Below are positions 24,141 to 44,523 of a stretch of DNA of 64,000 bases, one piece after another. This DNA is from Antedon mediterranea (Eukaryota; Animalia; Echinodermata), in contig NC_092679.1 of NCBI RefSeq assembly GCF_964355755.1, forward strand, positions 17,839,432 to 17,903,431, given 5' to 3'. A program made the position numbers and the translations under genes. Every line of letters starts with the position of its first letter. Position 1 is the stretch's first letter. Under the pieces are notes generated by a model. That model searched no databases. It was not told the DNA's origin and saw nothing but the letters and a program-made list of their open reading frames with translations.

Positions 24141-26850
24141 ATGGCGACAATGAAAGAAGCAGTGTCATTATACGAAGTTTTAAGTGCAGAATGGAGAAAG
24201 AAAAAGCCAAATCTAGACAAATGTGAAGGGATACTACAAAAGCTTAAGGTAGTTTGAATATGTGTTGTGAATTAGGGGATATTTCCTCGTAATGTTATAC
24301 TTGTATTAAAGCATTTTTACTTAGGCCTGGTCTCTCGGTCAAAAGTAGAGATGCAAGTGTGAGCGCCGCCTGCAGGACCGCCGGGTCATGCATATTAATC
24401 TGCGCCCGATGTAGGCCTAGCCATGATTGTTGAGGTCAATGTTTAACATTATATTGATAACACTCCTGGTATGTTAATGAAATAGGTCACAGTTGTCTGA
24501 TCATTTTGTCGGCCGCCGGTTATGAATGCATAAATTTAAAATCTTTTTTATTTACCATGTCCGGCCGTGCCCATAAATGATTGTCTTACCGGGACAGTCA
24601 CAGTGCATTTTGGCCTCAATATAATATATACAGTATTGGCCTAGTTATCTAGTAGGGGCTGGTAAGGTATGCCTAGCTAGCTAGGCTAAATTATATAGTA
24701 ACTAATATTATAAAATATCTTTAATTTAAATGGAAAAAGTTTGTCTTTTTATTGCAGATCTCTCTCATACAGTTATCATTCTTGCCAACGGATGAATGTA
24801 AACCATCAGAAAAAGAATTGATTATTGCTAGTAAGCTAATTTGCATTTTTGGGAAAAGTATAAGGTTTAATTACAATAATGATAACTTTCTTCTCAATTC
24901 CTATAATTTACTATTCAATTTCTTGTGTTTTTAGGAGGTATTCTAGAAATCGGTGTGCAGTGGAGCGTCCTCCGCGGTGATACAGCATCTTTTGAGCGTT
25001 ATATGGCACAATTGAAACCCTACTATTTTGACTATAAGTAAGTAAACTCTAGTATCGAATCTATGACTATAGTAAAGAAAAATTTAAACATTTTGTTTGT
25101 CTTTACTCCTCTCAAAATCTAATCTGCCATTTATTTTATTAAGAGAGTCAATTTTGAAACAATACTTTTTTTATATTTTAACTTGAGTTTAAAATTATAC
25201 ATATAGCTAACAACATAAAAAGCTGTGAAAAATATGAAAATTAGCGCCCCTAATGGTTTATTATGATTTTATACACAATACAATCATAGATTTCTGTTAG
25301 CCATTTCCCTCTATTGTAGGGTGGGTGTCAAAAAGATATTGGTGGTGCGGGAAAAATATAACAGTACTTTCAGATGTTCAGTAGTTTATTGTGCTTAAAT
25401 TAAAGAAAGACTTTGAAGGTAGGTGTCCCCCTACACACCACTGCCCAGCAAAATAACATCATCTTGCACTATTATTTTTTTATCTTTTAGAGATAAAATA
25501 CCAGAATCATCATACAAGTTACAACTTCTTGGCTTAAATCTGTTGTATCTCTTATCACAAAATAGACTTGCAGAATTTCATACAGTAAGTACAGTGCTTG
25601 GAGTTTAGTACTGGCCTGGTGGGCTAGTACTAGCCTGGTGGACTAGTACTAGCCTACTGTAGTCTGGTGAGTTAGTAAGTTAAATGTCTAGTATTACCTA
25701 GCCTGTTGCGCTATAGTAGTACTAGTCTGGTGGGCTAGTACTACTTAGCCTAGTGGGCTAGTACTAGCCTAGTCTGGTGGGCTAGTACTAGCCTACTGTA
25801 GTCTGGTGAGTTAGTAAGTTAAATGTCTAGTATTACCTAGCCTGTTGCGCTATAGTAGTACTAGTCTGGTGGGCTAGTACTACCTAGCCTAATGGGCTAG
25901 TACTAGCCTAATCTGGTGGGCTAGTACTACCTAGCCTGCATAAAAATTATACTTAACTGTCTTTCAATAATTTTGCGAAACATAAGGAAACTATTGCCAA
26001 AAGATCCAACAATTCAGTAAAATATTTGACTATGAAAATTAATTTTGTTATTTTCTTATATTTTATCAGGAGTTAGAATTGCTACCAGCTACAGAAATAC
26101 TAAATAATATTTACATCAAGCACCCTGTTTCAATGGAACAGTACTTGATGGAAGGCAGTTATAATAAGGTATAAAGTATATCTTTGTTTTTAAATATTTT
26201 TCTATTTAAAAAATAAAAATAAAATACACTACATTTCTAATTGAAGTCAAGACCACTAATGTACATTAATAAAACAGGATTAACATATATTTTGGATCCA
26301 TTAGGTGTTTCTTGCTAAAGGCAACGTACCAGCGGATAGCTACAATTTCTTCATTGACATTCTACTGGATACAATTCGACTAGAGATTGCTGCATGTGCT
26401 GTCAAGGCATACGAAAGAATTGCTTTGACAGAAGCTACAAGACTTCTATTCTTTAAAACAGTAAAGGAAGCAAAAGAATTTGGTCAGGCTGTAAGTTAAT
26501 ATTATTTATTGGATATCTCCAGGGTTTTCCTGGGTTGTTTGTTTTTTTATGTCATTGGGAGAACTTTAAACATTCGCCCGCAAAAGTTTACAGCATTCCA
26601 AAATATACCCAGTTTTGTGTTTAATGAGGACACCATGCCTACATTTATTTACCAGTCAAATGATGTTGAATGCTTGGCTATTTCTCAAGTCACATTTCTG
26701 TGTCTCCTTTTTTAGCAAAACTGGAATTTAAAAGATGATGGTTACTTATACTTTACTAACGACGAGGAAAAGACGGAGGAGGTGATACCGGCACACGAAC
26801 TGGCAGAACAAACGATAGAGTATGCACGCGAATTAGAAATGATTGTATAA
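24141..26850 (+). CDS. PSMD8: 26S proteasome non-ATPase regulatory subunit 8 (Rpn12)
   Basis: Exons 24141-24248, 24758-24830, 24935-25037, 25491-25584, 26070-26168, 26305-26490, 26716-26850. They encode [69 protein letters not shown]. Confidence 0.96.
25604..25938. repeat. CTAG-rich compound repeat with an internal ~140-bp duplication, PSMD8 intron 4
   Basis: Units such as GGGCTAGTACTAGCCT. The block GTCTGGTGAGTTAGTAAGTTAAATGTCTAGTATTACC occurs at ~25662 and ~25801. Confidence 0.8.
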
Positions 26851-27829
26851 AATGGACTAGTATTCATAATTTTGCACTTTATTTGGACATTTAAGGAAGA
26901 TATTTGTGCCTGTTACATCATTTCAACTTTTGTGAAATCGGTATATTTATGTATACGTCAATGTTGTCTAGTATGACCAAATTACAAGAAGAAAAAGTAA
27001 AAAGAGTTGTGTTTTTTTTTTTTAAAGAACTGAAAATATCAGAATTGATGATAATGCGAGTGTATAGTATCATTAATATGGAAATATAAGATGGTCAAAA
27101 TATAATTCATTTGCTTATAAACAGGGATTATTTAGTCGATAAATCTGTAAAATGCACTTCTCAAAATTATACTACAGGTATAATTATTTATACAGCGGCA
27201 TTATTGAAAGATTACAACATTTTGACACGCATGCATAGTACAGGAAATTTGTAAAAAAATGGTCAAATAAAATGGTTACTATACGTCTATAAGATGATGA
27301 TAAAGCAATATATGTGCAAATATAGCATATTATTGCATAATAATAGTTGTTTAAAAAGCGCATGGTTTAGACATTTTTCGAAAAAACTATAGTACAAGAA
27401 TTTTTTTTCCAAAAATGACCAAATTTCGCCCTTTATTAGTTTTTGACATAAATTGTTACTAAAGGTCTAATAATAATAATATAGCACAATATATGTGCAT
27501 ATATAGCAAAATAATGCATAATAATAGTATTACTATTATATTACAGGGATTTTTTCGAAAAATGGCAAAATTTTGACCTTTTTTTTATTTTTCACATAAA
27601 TGGTTAGTATACGTCTATAAGATAACTATAACGCAATATATGCGCATATATAGCAATATCATTGCATAATAATATTAATTTAAAAAGTGCATATTTTGGC
27701 CATTTAAAAAAAATCCCTGTACTATAATAATAGTAATACTATTATTATGCAATAATATTGCTATATATGTGAATATATTGTGCTATAATTATCTTTTAGA
27801 CCTTTAGTAACCATTTATGTCAAACGTCT

Positions 27830-30800
27830 ACAATAGTACAGGGAAATTTTAGAAAAACGCCCGAATTTCGACCCTTTTATTTTTTGACATAAATGGTTAG
27901 TATAGTATAATAAACATGCGCAGAGTCGAATAATGCGTTCTGCGCATGTCAATTGTGCTATAGTAACTACTTTTGACATAAATGGTTACTATAGCATAAT
28001 AAATATGCGCAGAGTCGAATAATGCGTTCTGCGCATGTCAATTGTGCTATAGTAACCAGTTTTATCGAAAAATAAAAAGGTCGAAAATTTGCCATTTAAA
28101 AAAAAAAATCTCTGTACTATAGTACAGGGAAATTTTCGAAAAACGCCCAAATTTCGACCCTTTTATTTTTTGATATAAATGGTTACTATAGCATAATAAA
28201 CATGCGCAGAGTCGAATAATGCGTTCTGCGCATGTCAATTGTGCTATAGTAACTACTTTTGACATAAATGGTTACTATAGCATAATAAACATGCGCAGAG
28301 TCGAATAATGCGTTCTGCGCATGTCAATTGTGCTATAGTAACCAGTTTTATCGAAAAATAAAGAGGTCGAAAATTGGCCATTTTTTCGAAAAAAATCCCT
28401 GTACTATAGTACAGATAAATTTTCGAAAAACGCCCGAATTTCGACCCTTATATTTTTTGACATAAATGGTTACTATAGTATAATAAACATGCGCAGAGTC
28501 GAATAATGCGTTCTGCGCATGTCAATTGTGCTAGAGTAACTACTTTTCACATGAATGGTTACTATAGCATAATAAACATGCGCAGAGTCGAATAATAAGT
28601 TCTGCGCATGTCAATTGTGCTATAGTAACCAGTTTTATCTAAAAATAAAAAGGTCGAAAATTGGCCATTTTTTCGCAAAAAATCCCTGTACTATAATAGT
28701 ACAGGGAAATTTTCGAAAAACGCCCGAATTTCGACCCTTTTATTTTTTGACATAAATGGTTACTATAGTATAATAAACATGCGCAGAGTCGAATAATGCG
28801 TTCTGCGCATGTCAATTTTGCTATAGTAACTACTTTTGACATAAATGGTTACTATAGCATAATAAACATGCGCAGAGTCGAATAATGGGTTCTGCGCATG
28901 TCAATTGTGCTATAGTAACCAGTTTTATCAAAAAATAAAAAGGTCGAAAATTGGCCATTTTTTCGAAAAAATCCCTATACTATAGTACAGGGAAATTTTC
29001 GAAAAACGCCCGAATTTCGACCCTTTTATTTTTTGATATAAATGGTTACTATAGCATAATAAACATGCGCAGAGTCGAATAATGCGTTCTGCGCATGTAA
29101 ATTGTGCTATAGTAACTACTTTTCACATGAATGGTTACTATAGCATAATAAACATGCGCAGAGTCGAATAATGGGTTCTGCGCATGTCAATTGTGCTATA
29201 GTAACCAGTTTTATCGAAAAATAAAAAGGTCGAAAATTTGCCATTTTTTCGAAAAAATCCATGTACTATATAGTACAGGGAAATTTTCGAAAAACGCCCG
29301 AATTTCGACCCTTTTATTTTTGGACATAAATGGTTACTATAGTATAATAAACATGCGCAGAGTTGAATAATGCGTTCTGCGCATGTCAATTGTGCTATAG
29401 TAACTACTTTTGACATAAATAGTTACTATAGCATAATAAACATGCGAAGAGTCGAATAATGCGTTCTGCACATGTCAATTGTGCTATAGTAACCAGTTTT
29501 ATCGAAAAATAAAAAGGTCGAAAATTTGACATTTTTTCGAAAAAATCCCTGTACTATAGTACAGGGAAATTTTCGAAAAACGCCCGAATTTCGACCCTTT
29601 TATTTTTTGACATAAATGGTTACTATAGCATAATAAACATGCGCAGAGTCGAATAATGGGTTCTGCGCATGTCAATTGTGCTATAGTATACCAGTTTTAT
29701 CGAAAAATAAAAAGGTCAAAAATTGGCCATTTTTTGGAAAAAATCCCTGTACTATAGTACAGGGAAATTTTCGAAAAACGCCCGAATTTCGACCCTTTTA
29801 TTTTTTGATATAAATGGTTACTATAGCATAATAAACATGCGCAGAGTCGAATAATGCGTTCTGCGCATGTCAATTGTGCTATAGTAACTACTTTTGACAT
29901 AAATGGTTACTATAGCATAATAAACATGCGCAGAGTCGAATAATGCGTTCTGCGCATGTCAGTTGTGCTATAGTAACCAGTTTTATCGAAAAATAAAAAG
30001 GTCAAAAATTTGCCATTTTTTCGAAAAAATCCCTGTACTATAGTACAGATAAATTTTCGAAAAACGCCCGAATTTCGACCCTTTTATTTTTTGACATAAA
30101 TGGTTACTATAGTATAATAAACATGCGCAGAGTCGAATAATGGGTTCTGCGCATGTCAATCAATTGTGCTATAGTAACCAGTTTTATCGAAAAATAAAAA
30201 GGTCGAAAATTGGCCATTTTTTCGAAAAAATCCCTGTACTATAGTACAGGGAAATTTTCGAAAAACGCCCGAATTTCGACCCTTTTATTTTTTGACATAA
30301 ATGGTTACTATAGTATAATAAACGTGCGCAGAGTCGAATAATGCGTTCTGCGCATGTCAATTTTGCTATAGTAACTACTTTTGACATAAATGGTTACTAT
30401 AGCATAATAAACATGCGCAGAGTCGAATAATGGGTTCTGCGCATGTCAATTGCGCTATAGTAACCAGTTTTATCGAAAAATAAAAAGGTCGGAAATTGGC
30501 CATTTTTTGAAAAAAAATCCCTGTACTAAAAGTACAGAGAAATTTTCGAAAAACGCCCGAATTTCGACCCTTTTATTTTTTGACATAAATGGTTACTATA
30601 GCATAATAAACATGCGCAGAGTCGAATAATGCGTTCTGTGCATGTCAATTGTGCTATAGTAACTGCTTTTGACATAAATGGTTACTATGGCATAATAAAC
30701 ATGCGCAGAGTCGAAAAATGCGTTCTGCACATGTCAATTGTGCTATAGTAACCAGTTTTATCGAAAAATAAAAAGGTCGGAAATTGGCCATTTTTTGAAA

Positions 30801-32870
30801 AAAAATCCCTGTACTAAAAGTACAGGGAAATTTTCGAAAAACGCCCGAATTTCGACCCTTTTATTTTTTGACATAAATGGTTACTATAGCATAATAAACA
30901 TGCGCAGAGTCGAATAATGCGTTCTGTGCATGTCAATTGTGCTATAGTAACTGCTTTTGACATAAATGGTTACTATGGCATAATAAACATGCGCAGAGTC
31001 GAAAAATGCGTTCTGCACATGTCAATTGTGCTATAGTAACCAGTTTTATCGAAAAATAAAAAGGTCGGAAATTGGCCATTTTTTGAAAAAAAATCCCTGT
31101 ACTAAAAGTACAGGGAAATTTTCGAAAAACGCCCGAATTTCGACCCTTTTATTTTTTGACATAAATGGTTACTATGGCATAATAAACATGCGCAGAGTCG
31201 AATAATGCGTTCTGCGCATGTCAATTGTGCTATAGTAACTGCTTTTGACATAAATGGTTACTATGGCATAATAAACATGCGCAGAGTCGAAAAATGCGTT
31301 CTGCACATGTCAATTGTGCTATAGTAACCAGTTTTATCGAAAAATAAAAAGGTCAAAAATTGGCAATTTTTTGAAAAAATCCCTGTATTACAGAGTCGAA
31401 TAATGCGTTCTGCGCATGTCAATTGTGCTATAGTAACTACTTTTGACATAAATGGATACTATAGCATAATAAACATGCGCAGAGTCGAATAATGGGTTCT
31501 GCGCATGTCAATTGTGCTATAGTAACCAGTTTTATCGAAAAATAAAAAGGTCGAAAATTTGCCATTTTTTCGAAAAAATCCCTGTACTATAGTACAGATA
31601 AATTTTCGAAAACGCCCGAATTTCGACCCTTTTATTTTTGACATAAATGGTTACTATAGTATAATAAACATGCGCAGAGTCGAATAATGCGTTCTGCGCA
31701 TGTCAATTTTGCTATAGTAACTACTTTTGACATAAATGGTTACTATAGCATAATAAACATGCGCAGAGTCGAATAATGGGTTCTGCGCATGTCAATTGTG
31801 CTATAGTAACCAGTTTTATCGAAAAATAAAAAGGTCGAAAATTTGCCATTTTTTGAAAAAAATCCCTGTACTATAAGTACAGGGAAATTTTCGAAAAACG
31901 CCCGAATTTCAACCTTTTATTTTTTGACATAAATGGTTACTATAGCATAATAAACATGCGCAGAGTCGAATAATGCGTTCTGCGCATGTCAATTGTGCTA
32001 TAGTAACTACTTATCACATGAATGGTTACTATAGCATAATAAACATGCGCAGAGTCGAATAATGGGTTCTGCGCATGTCAATTGTGCTTTAGTAACCTGT
32101 TTTATCGAAAAATAAAAAGGTCAAAAAATTGGCCATTTTTTGAAAAAATCCCGTACAGAGACATTTTCGAAAAACGCCCGAATTTCAACCCTTTTATTTG
32201 TTGACATAAATGGTTACTATAGCATAATAAACATGCGCAGAGTCGAATAATGGGTTCTGCGCATGTCAATTGTGCTATAGTAACTACTTTTGACATAAAT
32301 GGATACTATAGCATAATAAACATGCGCAGAGTCGAATAATGCGTTCTGCGCATGTCAATTGTGCTATAGTAACTACTTTTAACATGAATGGTTACTATAG
32401 CATAATAAACATGCGCAGAGTCGAATTATGCGTTCTGCGCATGTAAATTGTGCTATAGTAACCAGTTTTATCGAAAAATAAAAAGGTCGAAAATTTGCCA
32501 TTTTTTGAAAAAAATCCCTATACTATAGTACAGGGAAATTTTCGAAAAACGCCAGAATTTCGACCCTTTTATTTTTTGACATAAATGGTTACTATAGCAT
32601 AATAAACATGCGCAGCGTCGAATAATGGGTTCTGCGCATGTCAATTGTGCTATAGTAACTACTTTTGACATAAATGGTTACTATAGCATAATAAACATGC
32701 GCAGAGTGGAATAATGCGTTCTGCACATGTCAATTGTGCTATAGTAACTACTTTTGACATAAATGGTTACTATAGCATAATAAACATGCGCAGAGTGGAA
32801 TAATGCGTTCTGCGCATGTCAATTGAGCTATAGTAACCAGTTTTATCAAAAATAAAAAGGTTTTACTATA
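27830..32870. repeat. Higher-order palindromic satellite (~287-bp A-A-B unit, ~17 B subunits) with diverged flanks at ~27160-27830 and ~32870-33120
   Basis: A (~89 bp) = GGTTACTATAGCATAATAAACATGCGCAGA...TCTGCGCATGTCAATTGTGCTATAGTAAC. B is centred on CCCTGTACTATAGTACAGGG, at ~28110, 28397, 28684, 28973... Confidence 0.95.
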
Positions 32871-33507
32871 GAACAGATTTTGTTCGAAAAATGGCAAAAT
32901 GTCAACCGTTTTATTTTTTTAGATAAATGGTTACAAAAAGCAATATATGCACATATATAGCAATATTATTGCATAACAGTATTTTAAAAAGTGCGTATAT
33001 TGCCGATTTTTTGAATATTTTCCTGTACTATTACTACAAGGACTTTTTTTAAAAATGGCCAAAATAACCACTTTTTAAAATTCAATAATTATGCTATAAT
33101 AATAATAATAATAATAGACTAAAATAAATTTGGCAATTTTTCTCAAATTTTTGTTTGTACCATAGGGAAATTGATACCACAAAAGGCAACAAAAGCCATT
33201 TTAATAGTAATGGTCAGTAGTACAGGAGTTAAGATCCACTAACTGAATCAATTAGACTTGCCCCAAGTATTTATTGTCTGAAGACATGAGCTCGTATTTA
33301 TTTTTAAAAATACTACATGAAACTGAATGTGTAAGCAAAATATCAACAACCAACATACTCCCCTTTTAACTGAAATCACCACGACTACATGAATGCACAA
33401 AATCATAATGTACATACATACTTTATCACGACTGTAGTAATTGTGACACATTTAAGAAGAAATGGCGTAAATAATTGTCCTTGACCAATGTAACCCATAC
33501 ATCTTGA

Positions 33508-35407
33508 CAGCGGTGGCGCCAGGATCTTTACGGCGCGGGGGCTAGATTCCCCGACGAAGGGGCTATGCGAGCGAAGCGAGCATCGCTAGGCTGGGGGACA
33601 GGGGGACGTCAATGGCCCCCGGTGGGGTCCAGGGGGGCGAAGCCCCCGGAAGCAACGCGTTATAGCGTAATTTGAGGCCGTTTTAATCAGATTAAGGGTC
33701 AACTTTTTCCATTTTGTATGGTACATAAATAAAATACATTGCACGAGATCCGATGCGATGACTGTGTAAATCCATTCTTTCAATTATAAAAATGAAGTTT
33801 TTAAAGTTCAATATGCCTATCATAGAAAATATACGCGAACGTTATAATCGCAGAAGTGTATGCAGGTTGCTGTCTAGGAGTGCGACAATTGCGCGAGACT
33901 AACACCCATGTACTGATCTGTAAGAACATTTTGAAAAATAGAGCTGCTAGGTCCCCGGAAATTGCAATTATACATTGATATATGAAAATAAATTACAAGT
34001 CTACCAGAGAACCAGCCCACCGAGGTTGAGATAGAGCTATTAGAACATTTAAACAAGTAGAGTTGTTAGGTCCCCGGAAATTGGATTATAGTATTTCGAA
34101 AAAAAAAAGAAACAAAATATATACGTCTCCAGGACCAGCTACCATTAGGGTTGAGCTGCTAAGAAAATTGTGAAAAATAGAACTGCTAGGTACCTGGAAA
34201 TTGCACTTATATAGGCCTATATTGATAAATGAAACGAAATCGAAATGAGACGAAGTCTACATGACCAGCCCGCTATGGATGGTTGGGTGAAGCTAAGAAA
34301 ATTTTGAAAAATAGAGCTGCTAGGTCCCTGCAAAACATTGAAATATGAAACAAAATTTTAGGTCTACAGGACCAGCCCACCATGGTTGGGGTGGAGCTAA
34401 GAACATTTTGAAAAATAGAGTTGTTAGGTCCCAAAAATTTAACGTATTATACTTCGAAGCATAAAACAAAATATATACCGGTACGTCTCCAGAACCAGCC
34501 CTACCATGGATATGGAAAAAAAATTGAAAAAAAAGAGAGCTCTATGTTCCCAGACAATGCACTAACTGTATATTGTACATCGAAATATGAAACGAAATGT
34601 ATAAGTATCCATGACCAGCTCTATAATTGGGGACGATTGAGCTAAGACAATTTTGAAAACTAGAGCTGCAGGTCTTCAAAAAATACACTGTGACTTATGA
34701 CTTAAAAAATTGACCCTTTTTACCTTTTATTTGGAGGGGAATGCGTCCGCAAGCGTAGACCATTTTCCTTCGGGGAAAATCAGTTTATTTCGATGTATGA
34801 TGAGCAGTTCATGACATCAGGACATTGGAAATGTAATAACTTAGCTATAATAAGATGTTGGAAAAATGTTTGTTTAGTGATGTAGGCGAGCCTACAGTGA
34901 AACGTCTATTTTAGGTACCCCACGGTACAGGGTTAATCGTAAATAAAAAAAAAACAATAGATCGCGAACATAATGCGTACCCTTTTGCTGTATAGGGTAC
35001 GTGGATACACAGTACACAACTTAACGCTTCGGTAAAGTTCGCCTGGAAACTACAGTACACATTCTGGTCCCTGGATGGAACACGATATCACGCTTATAAA
35101 ACCGCAATGGGCCGATTTGTACAAAGGGACACCGCTAGACAAGTGCGTACCAATTGTTTATTAGATCGCTGGCAATAATGAATGCATATGAAGTGTAATA
35201 GCCCTCCGACGTACGTACTAAAAAGAACGTCGCGGTTTTCTAGGCGCTTAAGCAACGAAGTGAACGAGAATGATTTTTACTGTATATTATATTCCCCGAC
35301 AAAAAGTACTCACGTTCCCCGACGTGTGGGCTAGGCTCCACGACGAGGGGGCTACAGCCCCCGTAGCCACAACCCCCCCCCCCCCCCTCGCGCTGGCGCC
35401 ACCACTG
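33508..35407. mobile_element. Non-autonomous hAT element (1.9 kb), 8-bp TSD, with internal ~120-bp tandem repeats (~33920-34680)
   Basis: TIRs CAGCGGTGGCGCCAG / CTGGCGCCACCACTG and a perfect TSD CATCTTGA at 33500-33507 and 35408-35415. Confidence 0.9.
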
Positions 35408-35841
35408 CATCTTGAACTTATTTTCATCATCCTTAAAAAAAAAGTCAAACTGAAAGGTGAAAGGCTGAGTTCTCTAAAGCTGTCTATACTATCAAATGTG
35501 ATGTGCCCAAATATGGTAGTGATATGCCCAAATATGGTAGTGATATGACATCATCATGTCCATATATGAGCACATCACATTTTTTGTCACATAAAGGTTG
35601 ATAGTGTGTAGACGGAGATTTACAGTTATACATGTTATATTGTTGTGAAAGTATAGCATTTTAATAACCATCGCAATTTTAACTAAGTATCATGTACGTG
35701 GGCCTGTCAATGGCCAATTTATTTGATGCTCTTCGTGCAACTACGCCCTTTTAGTTCAGTCAAGTAACTATCAGTTCTAAAACCTCCCTTTATAATTAGA
35801 AGAATTGAAATTAAGTATTTATAAACATCATTTTTTTCCCA

Positions 35842-43512
<7,671 letters not shown>

Positions 43513-43728
43513 GTTGAAAAAAGACGTGAAAAGTAGTGATAGCGACCTCTGTCGTCAGATTTAATATGACGTTGATGGCGCACTTGTAAACAAATTCTAT
43601 GGATACCGTTCAAACAATTTTTGTTATTGTACAAAATATGTTTTTTCGTGCTTTCAATGATGGTTATTATGCATTTAGTTTGAAAGAATAGAATTATTTG
43701 TTAATAGTTATTCTTAAGGTAAACCAAT
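43513..43728. promoter_or_regulatory. Putative bidirectional promoter between PSMC6 and DNAJC27
   Basis: The divergent ATGs are 216 bp apart. The interval is locally CpG-rich and contains AGCGACCTCT and TGACGT motifs. Confidence 0.65.
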
Positions 43729-44523
43729 ATGACAGGAAACATGTCAATCCGAGCCAAAATTATCAGCATGGGCAGCACTGAATCTGGGAAGAGCTGCATC
43801 ATCAAACGCTACTGTGAAAAAAGATTTGTAAATAAATATCTTGCAACTATTGGAATAGACTATGGAGTTACAAAAATCAGAGTAAAAGATCGTGATGTAA
43901 AGATTAATATATTTGATATGGCTGGTCATCCAATATTTTATGAAGTACGGAATGAATTTTATAAAGACACACAGGGAGCACTTTTAGTTTACGACATAAC
44001 GGACAGAAAAAGTTTCGAAGCTTTAGAATTTTGGTTAACAGAAATGAAACAGGAAATAGGTGATCCATTATACATGGATAAAATTGTGTTTGCTGTTTGT
44101 GCTAATAAGATAGATAAAAAATCTAAACGTGTTGTAGACGAGCTTGAGGGTCAGCTTTGGGCGGATAGTAAAGGATTCCTTTATTTCGAGATGTCTGCTT
44201 GTTCTGGAGAAGGCATTAATGAGATGTTTAACAAACTTTTTGACGGAGTTGTTGTCGCGTTTGAGAATGGCGGAAGAGTGAAACGAATAGAAACGACACT
44301 TGGCTACACGAAGGAGCAAGTTGAAGCTGTCAAGTGTCTCAAGAACGGGCGTAATGATTTTGAACGTCTCGGTATAAAAGCGGGGTCATCGAAAGATGAA
44401 ATCAACAAGGCTTATCGTAAACTGGCCGTGTTACTACACCCAGACAAAACAGTAGCACCGCAAAGTGAAGAAGCCTTCAAGATATTAGTCAGTGCCCGAA
44501 CAAACTTATTGAGTGGGAAATAA
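43729..44523 (+). CDS. DNAJC27: DnaJ subfamily C member 27 / RBJ (Rab-like GTPase plus J domain), single coding exon
   Basis: KIISMGSTESGKSCIIKRYCEKRFV, FDMAGHP, NKID, then a J domain with AYRKLAVLLHPDK. 264 aa, uninterrupted. Confidence 0.95.
   Translation: MTGNMSIRAKIISMGSTESGKSCIIKRYCEKRFVNKYLATIGIDYGVTKIRVKDRDVKINIFDMAGHPIFYEVRNEFYKDTQGALLVYDITDRKSFEALEFWLTEMKQEIGDPLYMDKIVFAVCANKIDKKSKRVVDELEGQLWADSKGFLYFEMSACSGEGINEMFNKLFDGVVVAFENGGRVKRIETTLGYTKEQVEAVKCLKNGRNDFERLGIKAGSSKDEINKAYRKLAVLLHPDKTVAPQSEEAFKILVSARTNLLSGK

Noticed and set aside
28062-32671. Repeated MSKVVTIAQLTCAERII ORFs as a peptide gene family
   Set aside because: They are a by-product of the satellite. Frameshifting indels differ between copies and there is no codon-level constraint.
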